From assembly GCA_951406725.2 (NCBI GenBank), contig OX597816.1:43834001-43898000 (forward strand): 64,000 nucleotides of DNA, read 5' to 3'. The translations under genes and the position numbers were made by a program. This stretch comes from Octopus vulgaris (Eukaryota). Shown here in pieces: positions 1 through 12,826 of the stretch (positions are counted from its first letter, which is position 1; every line of letters starts with the position of its first letter). The notes beneath the pieces are model-generated. The model saw only the letters and a program-made list of their open reading frames with translations, did no database searches and was not told the origin of the DNA.

Positions 1-57
1 CCACGGTCTCAAGATCTCGAGTGCAACAAGCCTTCCATCTAGGCTACGCGCCTTCGT

Positions 58-80
58 ACGCACACACACACACACACAGA

Positions 81-128
<48 letters not shown>
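58..128. repeat. (CA)n/(TA)n compound microsatellite, representative of dozens in the window
   Basis: Dinucleotide runs read directly. Similar (TA)n, (TG)n, (TATG)n, (TATC)n and (GA)n tracts recur throughout, e.g. 914-985, 1530-1625, 2730-2960, 7615-7700, 23800-24110, 32680-32940, 37400-37475, 51475-51660. Confidence 0.98.
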
Positions 129-131
<3 letters not shown>

Positions 132-911
132 CATGATGTCTGCGTCCATAGGCCACCGGACAATATGCAATATGTTGTTTGCTCACATTTCTTCACCTTC
201 TGAGATTTTGACTTGTTTCCAAGGTCGATAAAATCTGTAATAAATGAATTCCTGAGATCGATTGGTGAAGGAAAATACAATATATTGGCGTATACCTGCG
301 TGTACAATGAACATACATACATGCATGCATAACACATTATCACATACCTGAATGTATGCAAAGTAAAATGATTTTACGTCTTAAATGCATGCATATACAT
401 ATGTGTGTATGAATGTATATATTATATTATTATATACATACATTCATACATACACACATATGCAGAGCGAGTTGGAAAAATCGCTTTTTCCTGTGCAAGT
501 TTTCATGTATAACATGTGATTGTGTGTGTGTGTGTGTATCTCTTTTTGTGTGTGTGTTATGGTTACACTACGTGTGCCATTTTTGAACAATTGAAGGAAA
601 AAATAAGAAACCGAAAGAAAATAACATCTCCCAAGACTGAGAATAACGCTGGAAAGAAAAGAGAAATATCTAGGAGAAGCTGTACTAGAACTTAATAATC
701 GATCGATACAATTCGCACTTAAGGCCGTGAAGCAGACTAAACGATGTCTAATGCAGTGATTTGGTTTTCTAGTTTACTATTTAATCTGTTTTCTTTCTTG
801 GGATTTCGCTTTCACATACCGTTCTTTCTCTGCCTACTGTTTTTCCTTCTATCTTGTTCTCCCTGCTTCACACAAGCTTAAACATACATCCCCTTCTCTC
901 GCTCTTTCTCC

Positions 912-983
<72 letters not shown>

Positions 984-1071
984 GTCTATATATTTATCTA
1001 GCTCTAATTCTATCTCTGTGCGACTTTCTGTCGCTCAATGTCTGTCCCTTTTTAAGTGTCCGTGAATATCA

Positions 1072-1110
<39 letters not shown>

Positions 1111-1216
1111 CGTAAAACTTGTACGCAACAAAAGGACAGGGAATAACTGTTTCTAGTACGGCTATTACTCTCCGCCATAACTTTCCTTTTCGTGATTTCT
1201 TGGCCATATGTATGTA

Positions 1217-1265
<49 letters not shown>

Positions 1266-1528
1266 GTATATATATATATGTATATATAATATATGTACAT
1301 GTGCATGTGTGTAGTTATTTATATTGCTTCTTTCATTTATTTGATTTAGTTCACAGAATAATTCCACCTTTACCTGACCAGTTTCTAACTTTCTTTCACT
1401 TATTCATAACATTTTCCACATTTCATTCATCTTTACTTCGTTTTTTTCTCTTAAGTTTCTCTTTTTAATCTGATATATATTTTCACTCTTTTTGTACGTC
1501 ATTCTTCCCAAAATTTCACTCTCCGCTT

Positions 1529-1617
<89 letters not shown>

Positions 1618-2727
1618 ATGTATATGTATATATGTGTGAGTGTAGAATTTATTTTTCGCTATTTTGTGGTTTCTTTCAATGTATTCTGTCTTTCTTTCTG
1701 CTGTCCCTTTTTAACGGCATTTATTTTTCTTGTTCTTTATTCTCTTTATTTTTTCTTCTTTTGCTTCGTACATTTCTTTCTACTTTCCTTACCTTCTTTC
1801 ATTTCGTCATTATCTCTTTTATATTTTGCAGTTTTATTTTGTTTTTTGTTGTTGTTGACTTTTACATTTTAAATGTTTCCATTCGTATATTTAAATTCAG
1901 CGGGGAAAGTAGGAAGGTAGGTGATGGTAGACCTAAACTGTAATTTTATTGCAAAGTAACTTTATTTGATTTTCTTTAATTTTTCTGAAATCTTTTATTG
2001 CTTTCATTTATTGATATTGATTTAAAGTATATACGTATTTATATATATGTATACATATGCGTATATATGTATAATTTACCTAGTCTTCTTTATGCTGTTC
2101 TCTATGTATGCCGGTAGATATTTGTATTCGTTGGTTTAAGCAGTTAAGCCGTTGAAAGCTAAGAAATAGACGGCGTGAAGCGATAAAGGAGGAGAAATGG
2201 AGAGAAAACATTGGAACAAGAGTAAGAATAAGGTTCTATGCTTAAGAGAGTGTGAGGTGGAACTGGATTGTGAAAAGAGAGACAGGGAACTAAAAGAGAA
2301 ATAGAAGAGGAGTAATGATAAGAGAATAGGAGTGCCTGGAATTACGTGTCTCGATATACGTACATATATCATTATTACAGATACACTACATAATCATATT
2401 ACAAATACACGTATATTAACACACATATTATATATGTGTGTGTACGTTTGTTTCTTTTTGTGTGAATGAGGGAGAGAGAGAGAGAGAGATAAAGAGGGGT
2501 GTGAATACTGGGAAAGAATGAAAAGACGTAAAAATGCGAATGAGTAAGTGCTATAGAAAATATTAATATTCACTAAAGGGCTGTAGATGAGGAAAGAACG
2601 AGAACAGTAGAAATAGCATCAGCATGCATGTATGTATATGAATGGGCTGTATTAACTCACAAGCAGATAAATGAGATACATACATGCATACATGCTATCA
2701 TACTAACATACATGCATGCATACATAC

Positions 2728-2771
<44 letters not shown>

Positions 2772-2916
2772 ATGTATGTATGTATATGTATGTATGTATA
2801 TGTATGTATGTATATGCATGTATGTGTATGTATGTATGTGTATGTATGTGTATGTATGTATGTATATGTATGTATGTGTATGTGTGTATGTATGTATATA
2901 TATGTATGTATGTATG

Positions 2917-2958
<42 letters not shown>

Positions 2959-3178
2959 CACTCACATACGTCATCATACATACATATATACATACACATA
3001 CACAAAGACAGACGGTAGAAAAGATTGAGAGAAAGAATGCTTGAAAACTGAATAAAGTTAGATACGGAACGTGATAAGGGAGAGATACCGTGAGAGTTGT
3101 ATGTGACTTCGAAGTAGATAGTAACTGAATATATAAATAAATAATGAAGAATGATGTATGTAGGAATTTATATATATA

Positions 3179-3218
<40 letters not shown>

Positions 3219-4180
3219 TAAGAAGAAAATAATTATGATCAGTAATGATAATGAAGGGACGACATTAATTGAAATAGAAGTGTCACGAGTATGTGAGAAG
3301 GCGAAGCAGATGTATTAGATGTAGGATGTAGGAGAGTAGGCTGGGAGGAAAAGGATAATGCAGCGGGGTAGTATATTTAGTAAGAAATTGGTAAAAAAGA
3401 AAAGTAAATCTGATTAATACATAGCGCATAGAATTATGAAAATGTATTGTGTATGTGGGTCAGAGAGAGAGAGAGAGGGGGGGTATTATACGTGTAAGTA
3501 TGGAGAAAACAAGCCCAAAACCAAAACGATAAATGAAAGCTTGTTAAACTGTATTATATTTTCTAATTGCATCATTAGGCATTGTATTTACGTCAGAGTT
3601 TCGAGTTGGTCCGTTTCACTGAACTTACTTCACTACGTACGAGAACGTTGAAATATTCCATTGAGATACTTGCATTACACATTTCATTCACACGCGCTTA
3701 CAAACATATCCAACCCTATTCATATGCACATTCAAATGTCCTTACACACATATATATACATGTATAAAGGTGCAAATAAACGCATATACATTTCACAATC
3801 CTACGTAACGGATGTGTATAAGATTTGGTATATTTATTTGCAAATTGCATATCTGTCTACCCGTACACATACACACAGAGACGCATAGAGACACACACAC
3901 AGTCGTATGCACGCGTTAACACGTGAAACACATACCACTGGAAACAAATTGTGTGTGAAACAAATTGTGTGTGTGTGTATGTGTGTGTGTGTGTGTCTGT
4001 GTGTGTGTGTCTGTGTGTGTGGCCGCTAAGTGCAAGGCTGTGTCGCAACAAGTGTACTACCAGACCATATAGTTCTGGATTCCATGCCTACTCTCGTCAC
4101 CTTGGGCAAATATCGTCGACTAAATCTCAAAGCCTTGTTAGTGGATTTGGAATACCGAAACTTAAAGGACCCCGCTGTAT

Positions 4181-4562
4181 GAGTGGCTGTGTGGTAAGTA
4201 GCTTGCTTACCAACCACATAGTTCCGGGTTAACTCCTACTGCGTGGCAAGCTGGGCAAGTTTCTTCTACTATAGCATCGGGCCGACCAAAGCCTCGTGAG
4301 TGGATTTGGTAGACGGAAACTGAAAGAAGCCCGTCGTATATATATATATTTCTTTACTACCCACAAGGGGACAAACAAGGACAGACAAAGGGATTAAGTC
4401 GACTATATCGACCCCAGGGCGTAACTGGTACTTAATTTATCGACCCCGAAAGGATGAAAGGCAAAGTCGACCTCGGCGGAATTTGAACTCGGAACGTAAC
4501 GACAGACGAAATACGGCTACGAATTTCGCCCGGCGTGCTAACGTATCTACCAGCTCGCCGTC

Positions 4563-4642
<80 letters not shown>

Positions 4643-4807
4643 ATGTATGTGTGTGTATATGTTTGCGTCTGTGCTTGTCCCTTCAACATCGCTTGACAAC
4701 CGATGCTGGTTTTTACGTACCCGTAAATTAGCGGTTCGGCAAAAAGAAACCGATAGAATAAGTACTAGGCTTACAAAGACTAAGTCCTGGGGTCGATTTG
4801 CTCGACT
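4181..4807 (+). mobile_element. tRNA-derived SINE family A, interrupted by a family B insertion
   Basis: Head gagtggctgtgtggtaagtagcttg with B-box-like gggttaactcc, CORE-like ctgggcaagt, internal (TA)n(TG)n tract and 3' body ...gatagaataagtactagg...ggggtcga. More than 12 homologous copies in the window. Resembles octopus OK/OR-type SINEs; exact family not verified. Confidence 0.9.
4349..4559 (-). mobile_element. tRNA-derived SINE family B nested in SINE A
   Basis: Minus strand reads ggcgagctgg...gagttcaaattcc (B box)...gtcgactttgcctttcatcctttcggggtcgataaattaagtaccag. Flanked by duplicated ccgtcgtatatatatatat at 4331 and 4558. Confidence 0.92.
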
Positions 4808-4809
4808 TC

Positions 4810-4985
4810 ACTCTCTATTTCGTATCTTCTCTATAATAACTATTACTTAACCAATTTCTCGCACCGTCTCTGATGAAGGATATGTAAAATATACCACAAT
4901 CAGCTGTAAGACCTTCTCTTTATAAATGTTCTAAAATCTTGTATAGCCTTGGCTTTTTTTAAATCTCATTCTGTTATTTTTTTAT
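4810..4985 (+). mobile_element. Probable Penelope-like element terminal-repeat remnant with a degenerate hammerhead motif (copy 1)
   Basis: About 170 bp homologous to 48403-48570. Contains gtct-CTGATGA-a-ggatat..atatacc-a-caat-cagctg-TA-agac. Confidence 0.6.
4866..4912 (+). ncRNA. Degenerate type I hammerhead ribozyme motif
   Basis: Stem I gtct/agac, intact CTGATGA core, stem II ggatat/atat(a)cc, palindromic stem III cagctg, GUA triplet. The GAAA core reads CAAT, so this copy is probably inactive. Confidence 0.55.
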
Positions 4986-7900
4986 ATATATGCATGCTAA
5001 TATATGACTTACGTTGTACTCCTCATTCGTATAATCATCGAACCTGGAGCTTAACTATATTCTGTCCATATCACTTACTCAGCATTACCTGTTACCCTTG
5101 GGTCTTCTTGACACTATTACTTCTTATAGCTTATGTATATATATGAACGAGAGCGCCTGTGTGAACACGCACGGAGTATCAATCACGTTGAATATGATAT
5201 ACCAAATTGAAAAGAATTCAATATATCAAATAGAGAGTTAATTTGTGCAGTTTTTACAATTGTAGAAACATTGTGCATAGATGCACTACACAGTTCGAGC
5301 TCTATGATCCCAATAGCTCGTTCAGAATACCTGTGTGTGTCCAGTTACATGATATGAACGTATCAGAGTATCTGAATATGCCTTTGGTTGCAGTGAGTTT
5401 TCTTTATCAGGATTTTGCTATCAGTACAGAGATAACATCTTCTGACGCCATTTGTGTAACGCCAAGAACTTTAAATCCATAATCAATTTGAGATTCTATT
5501 ATTATTATTATTTTAAAGACCAAATGTAACTTGAGAGGAATGTATAGCTTAAATATTTAAACTCTCTGAATTATACAATTCTTTAACAGCACTAATGTTA
5601 GGACAGTACTATAACACGACTACAAGCTTACACCAATGACACTGTGCGGACCAAACTTCATGCTCCGTGTACAGTTTTTATTCCAATGTGGAATCTTTCT
5701 GTCATAATCACTCTGATGACAGGAATTATTGTGCTCTGTAAAAATTCGAATAAAAATCCACAATTTCAAATTGAGTAACGTTGATGTTATCAATTTTATC
5801 GACTCAAGTGTATACTACGTTGCTATTGCTTCACTAGGTGAAGCTTGCAGCTTTTCCTGTGCTACTATTGATCTGTAAACATTTCTTTTTGATAATCCAA
5901 TCTCTGTTTTAATTGTGTATTGCAACTTAAATTTATGACTGGAAAATAAGTTATTTTTATAGTTCTTGATTGGGATAAATGCTGTGTATTTTACTGGTCT
6001 CTACTTTGTTATCGGTTTTACTGATACTTTTGTAACAATGTCATAAAATGTCTTCGGACTTGGCTTTATATTGTTCACTTCTTATAAATTTTTCAGTTTT
6101 ATCAGACAATATAATCGGTTATTATTATTTCTCTAAGATTGTTAATGCCCTTTTTGTGCTTAATTCAAAAGACTTAAGGAGTTTGGGATTCGGTGTTTAG
6201 TTTGGAGTTCGAACTCGTAACATTTAAGCCTTTGAATGTAAAAAAGTGTCATGTTCACACAACGAATTGTTCGGTGTCAGAATCCACTGCTGCAGAATCA
6301 GAGAACCATGCCTTCTATTTTCTGCTTTTAACAAGCTTTTGTCTTATCTATAGAAGCTTTCTAGTGTAATGCTCATTAGAGTGTGTTAGTGTGTTTGTAG
6401 TTGATATTTCAGTTTTTATAGAAGAATGGGCAAAATGTCGTTCAATGTATTTGACTTTTATATGACAGTTGTAGTGGATGCTGTTTAGTTCCAGGTGTCA
6501 CTATGCAGGTTTTCGATTAAATGCGTCCCAGTGGCCGCCATCTACTTCTCATTACAATTTGTTCCTTATTCAATCAGCCCTGTCTGTTTAAGACTTGCGC
6601 ACACATTCACCTTGTTGCTTTATGTAGAGTGATTATGAAGAAAATTTAATGGGTGAAAGTACAGTCAATTTCAAAACACCAAACTGTTCAATGTATCCAG
6701 TTTTTTCTATCTCATAAATGATACAGCTCCTAATGTGGTAGATATGATATAAATGCTATTAAGGATAAAAGTGACGCCAAAAGCGGTAGTGAATGTTGAA
6801 CCTTTAATATAATCTGAGAACATTGGTTTGCTAGCCGTATGAAACGGGACAGTGTCCCGACATTACAAGGTGAAGAAAACTGCGTGACTGTACCGCTCAG
6901 TACACTTATAAAATCGAAATTTCGAAAGTCTGATGGAAGATTGGTGAAAAAATACTTTTAATCGGCATTTTTTTTAAACATGAAAAGAAGTAAAAAGGTT
7001 AATGTGTGGCAAACGGAAACAGCTATATTATGTTGCACACCACGTTATGACGATGTAGGTAAACTAGACTGATAGATATATTACGAAGATATATTTTTCA
7101 TCAAGCTTTGAAACTGCCATATTTATATCAACCGGGTTGAAAAAGAAAAACTTTTTGCTGTAAATCGATGAACAGGAAACACGAGGAACATAAAAATATA
7201 TTTGATTTTCTCATGAAATATAATACCGGAGAAAACAAAATCAGTTATCTTCCTCTGTTTAGCTTTGTTAACATTCAACTAGGTCAAAGGATGGTGAGTT
7301 TCACGTCAATGTATTAAAGCAACCAGCGACATTTTCCTTTCATTCTGCATGTTTTTAAATGTTGTCGTGTTATGAGTTTTACAGATTTAGTATGCTAGCT
7401 TCGGTAATGATGGAACGGGTTGCAGTTATACTGTTGATGCTAAAGGTGACGCTGAAATATTCAAATGTCAAAGACCGTTATGTTTTGCTAATCATTCCCA
7501 GTAAAAAAAAAAAAAAAAATCACCGTTCTTTTATATCAGTGTATAATGACTTTTGCTCCGATCTAGACATACTGTAAAGAACAATACTCCATAGATTAAT
7601 GCAATGAAAACCTGCTGTATGTATGTGTGTGTATGTATGTATGTATGTATGTATGTATGTATGTATGTATGTAGGTAGGTAGGTAGGTAGGTAGGTAGGT
7701 GTCTATTCTCTAGCTTCTAAATCAAATACGATCAGGAACAACTATCAAAGACATTCCACCCGAGCTCATGTCTCTGTCTCTTTCACAAGACTGCATAAGG
7801 CTACATAATTCAATACGTCTTCTTTTAAGAGGATAGAATGTACTTCGATAGACATTTGATGGTTACTTCCAATAATATATATATATACACCCATACACAA

Positions 7901-8095
7901 ACGTAGACATACATACACAAGCATAAGAGATAAGCGGCCAGATAGAACAGCTCACTTTTGTGAAACTTAACGCTTCAAACTAAATTAGGAAGGTAACTTT
8001 CTTACGCGGTTCACCATCTTGCGACCGGCGACAAATACTGAGCGCATTTGTGAATAATAGGAATCTCCCTAAATATTTAATTCATTTCACAATAT

Positions 8096-8125
8096 ACAGG
8101 GTGGGCCAAAAGTCACACACCAAGA
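8096..8125 (+). mobile_element. Isolated Tc1/mariner-like terminal sequence
   Basis: ta|cagggtgggccaaaagtcac resembles typical Tc1/mariner termini; no partner end found. Confidence 0.35.
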
Positions 8126-9124
8126 CATTTGACATTTTATTCACACCTTATTATTATTCATTTTGTTTATTAGCATTCAATTTCTTCATCATGTACACAA
8201 AAGTGTGTATTCCTCATTATTTCATTTATTTTACTCAATTCTGGAAACATTGAAGCTTGTTTCCGACAATACCGGAGCGTAGTGAACTCATTTTGTGCGT
8301 AACGTTTGGCCCACGTAGTATTTCTGAATTCAAGCTGTTTTAAATGTACACTGTTGTTAAAACTCAGAGACTTGTCTGCTCTCTTACAATCAAGGAACCA
8401 AACTGCAATTTGTATTTGACTAATTGTGATCAACGTGAGAAGTGTACAACGTAAGAATATGTTCGTATGTTTGTAAGTGAATATATAAGTCTCGTTTCGA
8501 ATACTAAAAATTATGTTATATCTTTCTGCTATTTGATAGATATTGTTAAAAGACATCCGTGCGCATGCACGCATGCATACACACACGCGCTTATGTATGT
8601 TGTTGACGTCATAAAAATTTATAAACTTCGCTAGAACGGGAAAACGTTTTGCTTTTTTTTGGTGCATGAATGGTAGATCTCCTAACCGTTAAAGCTATAA
8701 ATAGTAACGTGTCAACATTGGGCTGAAATACACTTTTAGATGGAGAAAGTCATGTGTGTGTGTGTGTGTGTCAAACTTTTTTCCTTTCATCTTCTATCGG
8801 TTAATATAAGTATCCCTGTTTATAGGTCACTTTATTTCTGTATTCCGCCACTCGCCTTTCTCAACCATCATTTATTTTCCCCTATCCTTTCCTTTACCAT
8901 TAACATTCGGCGTGACTTACGTTCCGCTGGTCTACTGTCTGGTCCTTTCTGTTAATTTACTTGTCTTTTATCTACTTCATTCTCCTCCTTCTTTTCTCAT
9001 CTTCTCACTTCCTTTTATTATTTATTTATGTTCCCATGGAAACATACACTATGTCATCCAAGCAGCATCTAAACGATTTATAATTTTTTTACGTTATATG
9101 TATATATGTATATATATATATATT

Positions 9125-9516
9125 CTTTCGTTCTTTTATTTGTTTCGGTCATGTGACTGTGGCCATGCTGGAGCACCGCCTTTAGTCGAGCAAATCGACC
9201 CCAGGACTTATTCTTTGTAAGCGTAGTACTTATTCTATCGTTCTCTTTCGCCGAACCGCTAAGTTACGGGGACGTAATCACATCAACATCGGTTGTCAAG
9301 CGATGGTGGCGGTGGGGTGAGGGACAAACACAGACACACAACTATATGCATATATAAAAGACAGGCCTCATTCAGCTTCCATCTACCAAATCTACTACTC
9401 ACAAGGATATGATCGACCCGAGGATATAGTAAAAGATGCTTGGCCAAAGTGACACGCTAGTGGAACTGATCCCGGAAATCCTTTGGTTGGCAAGCAAGCT
9501 TCTTATCATACAGCCA
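9125..9516 (-). mobile_element. SINE family A, diverged near-full-length copy
   Basis: Reverse complement of family A from tail (ggccatgctggagcaccgcc) to head (cttatcatacagcca). Confidence 0.88.
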
Positions 9517-9530
9517 GACATATATATATA

Positions 9531-9920
9531 TGGCTGTGTGGTAAGTAACTTGTTTACCAACCACATGGTTTCAGGTTCAGTCCCACTGCGTGGCACCTTG
9601 GGCAAGTGTCTTCTACTATAGCCTCGGGCCGACCAAAGCCTTGTGAGTGGATTTGGTAGACGGAAACTGAAAGAAACCCGTCATATATATGTATATATAT
9701 ATATATGCGTGTGTGTGTTTGTGTGTCTCTGTCCCCCTAGCATTGCTTGACAACCGATGCTGGTGTGTTTATGTCCCCGTTACTTAGCGGTTCGGCAAAA
9801 GACAACCGATAGAACAAGTACTGGGCTAACAAAAGAATAAGTCCCGGGGGTCGAGTTGATCGATTAAAGGCGGTGCTCCAGCATGGCCGCAGTCAAATGA
9901 CTGAAACAAGTAAAAGAGTA
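9531..9920 (+). mobile_element. SINE family A, near-full-length copy
   Basis: tggctgtgtggtaag...ggttcagtcccactgcgtggcaccttgggcaagtg...ggtgctccagcatggccgcagtcaaatgactgaaacaagtaaaagag; closely matches 44194-44605. Confidence 0.95.
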
Positions 9921-11194
9921 ATATATAGCTAATCCAAACATGAACAAAGAGAAAACACAACAACGCGAGGACGTGGAACAAGTATAGTGTTATTGGACAT
10001 ACCTTTTTATCTCTTTATATATATATGTGTGTGTGTGTGTGTGCTTGTGTATGTATGTATATGTGTATGTATGGGTGTATATATATTTATATATATTTAT
10101 ATTTATTTGCACACATATACACGCATACGGTGTGTATATCTACTTATGGTATCCCCATCCCCACTCATTTATTTAGGTCAGTACATATCTTTCTTCTCTT
10201 TTCAAAAGTTGTCTTTCTCCCTTTCTGTCATATTTCTATTCTTGTATGTTTGAACACATTTCCTTTTGTGTTGTTTTTTATCATTTTTATTTTTATTTAT
10301 TATTTTTTTTTATATTTATGCATTCATTTATTCATGTATTTTCCCACTTTCTCTTAAAACAAACAAATCCTTGACATAAATATTACCATTGTCTGAAAAG
10401 AAAATTACTGCAAACTCTTAGAAAAGGAAGGAAGCCAGCGTTTTAACAAGTTGCTTGACATACGAATTAGAATCAGAAAATAGTGTTGATTCGAATATTT
10501 GATAATGTTAATGGAAAAAAAAAACTGCAAAAAATAAATAAAATAAACAAAAATGAGGGAGAGAAAGAGCGTGGGTAACAGAGAGAGAGAGGGGGGAGAA
10601 AGAGAGATAACGGGAAAAGAAATAAAAGCAGAACATTGATGACATTGGATATAATGAGAGACTAGAAAATAATGTAAAAAAAAAAAGAAAGAGCAAAAAA
10701 AAAACACAAAACAATTAGAATAGCAACGACTACGTCTTTAGAAACAGCAGGATCTTTTTACAAGAAGCACTCAGCTTCCCTGCATTTACTAGTTTGTTTA
10801 TTTATTTATGCTATAGTCAACACAACTAAAAATACATCAACATCAATATTACTAACAAGATCATTAACAACAATAACAACAGTAGCGATGACAAGAATTG
10901 TTATAAAACAAAATTTCTAATCGTTAGAGAATAAATGAATGTTCATTAGTCTATTTTAGAAATCGTATTATTAATTAATATTAGAACTAATAAATTTGGG
11001 AAAGAGGGCAGCATTTCAAATTTTGTTTAACTAGTTAAAAAAATTTACGTGTAGGACTTTAGGTGAAAGACTTAACATTGGGGTCACGGGTTTCATGGTC
11101 CATTCTTTACAAATCGTTTCAAAAGTACGATGTTAAGAAGAATTATGCTGAAGCTAATCATTTTTATATCTTCATGTGGATTTAGAGTGATATA

Positions 11195-11787
11195 TTCTTT
11201 TCTACTCAAGGCACAAAGCCCGAAATTTTAGAGGAGGAGAACAAATCGATTAGATCGACCCCAGTATGCAACTGGTACTTAATTTATCGGCCCCTAAAGG
11301 TTGAAACCAAAGTCGACCTCGGCGGAATTTGAACTCAGAGCATAATGACAGACGAAATACCGCTAAACATTTCGCCCGACACACTAAGGTTTCTTATTTC
11401 TTTATTGCCCACAAGGGGCTAAACATAGAGTGGACAAAAAAGGACAGACAAAGGGATTAAGCCGATTAGATCGACCTCAGTGCGTAACTGGTACTTAATT
11501 TATCGACCCCGAAAGAATGAAAGGCAAAGTCGACCTCGGCGGAATTTGAACTCAGAACGTAGCGGCAAACGAAATACCTGTTTCTTTACTACCTACAAGG
11601 GGCTAAACACAGAGGGGACAAACGAGAACATAGAAACGGATTAAGTCGATTACATCGACCTCAGTGCGAAAGGATGAAAAGCAAAGTCGACCTCGGCGGA
11701 ATTTGAACTCAGAACGTAATGAGAGACGAAATACCGCTAAACATTTCGCCCGGCGTGCTAACGTTTCTGCCAACTCGCCGCCTTCTT
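11195..11787 (-). mobile_element. Tandem array of three SINE family B units
   Basis: Three successive copies of aaagtcgacctcggcggaatttgaactcaga (near 11310, 11525, 11685); only the rightmost has the complete head (caactcgccgcc). Confidence 0.92.
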
Positions 11788-12258
11788 TATTGCATTCCAC
11801 AAGGGCAGCTAAACATAGAGTTACGGACAACCTCGTCGGTTAAGTTAAGGACAGACAAAGGGTTGTCACGCTTAAACTCCTCCGATGGATAGATCGAGTT
11901 CCTCAGTGCGTAACTGGTACTTAATTTATCGACCCCGATATTAGAATGAAAGGCAAAGTCGACTCCGTCGGTTACGGAATTTGAACCGATCAGAACGTAG
12001 CGGCAAACGAAATACCTGTTTCTGAGCATTCCACTACCTACAAGTTCTAGGGCTATTCAGCGTGACACAGAGGGGACAAACGAGAACATAGAAACGGATT
12101 AAGTCGATTACATCGACCTCAGTGCGAAAGGATGAAAAGCAAAGTCGACCTCCCTGCGGAATTTGAACTCAGAATTTTCGTAATGAGAGACGAAACCGGT
12201 CTGGGAAACCGCGATTTCGCCCGGCGTGCTAACGTTTCTGCCAACTCGCCGCCTTCTT
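11783..12258 (-). other. Mosaic duplicate of 11398-11787 interleaved with fragments of 12259-12785 (probable consensus artefact)
   Basis: Backbone shares private variants with 11398-11787. More than 15 short inserts match the downstream sequence exactly and in collinear order. Confidence 0.85.
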
Positions 12259-12450
12259 AGAGGATATATCATTCCAGCGAACACCGTGGCAGCTCTCAGT
12301 TACTTTCCAGGTTACGGCTAACCTCGTCGGTTAGTAGTTAACGTCTATGACTACTATGGGTTGTCACGCTGTAAACTCCTCCGATGGATAATTCCGAGTT
12401 CGCTTCACTAGATGGTAATATTATTTGTGGTGTATATTAGCAATAATTAT

Positions 12451-12826
12451 GGAAGCACTCCGTCGGTTACGACGACGAGGTTTCCGGTTGATCCGATCAA
12501 CAGAACAGCCTGCTCGTGAAATCAACGTGTAAGTGGCTGAGCATTCCACAGACACGTGTACCCTTAACATAGTTCTAGGGATATTCAGCGTGACACAGAG
12601 AGTGACAAGGCCGGCCCTTTGAAATACAGGTACAACAGAAACAGGAAGTAAGAGTGAGAGAAAGTTGTGGTGAAAGAGTACAGCAGGGATCACCACCATC
12701 CCTGACGGAGCCTCGTGGAGCTTTAGGTGTTTTCGCTCAATAAACACTCACAACGCCCGGTCTGGGAATGGAAACCGCGATCCTACGACCGCGAGTCCGC
12801 TGCCCTAACCACTGGGCCATTGCGCC
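12451..12826 (-). mobile_element. tRNA-derived SINE family C, full length
   Basis: Minus strand ggcgcaatggcccagtggttagggcagcggactcgcggtcgtaggatcgcggtttccattcccagacc gives A box TGGCCCAGTGG and a degenerate B box, followed by about 300 bp of non-tRNA body. Confidence 0.88.

Noticed and set aside
5709-5756. CTGATGA followed by a hairpin and palindromic ttcgaa
   Set aside because: GAAA box missing and stem I cannot form.
12292-12335. Hammerhead-like motif on the minus strand (ccgacga-ggtta-gccg-taacc-tg-gaaa)
   Set aside because: Good stem II, but no stem I pairing and no valid NUH cleavage triplet.
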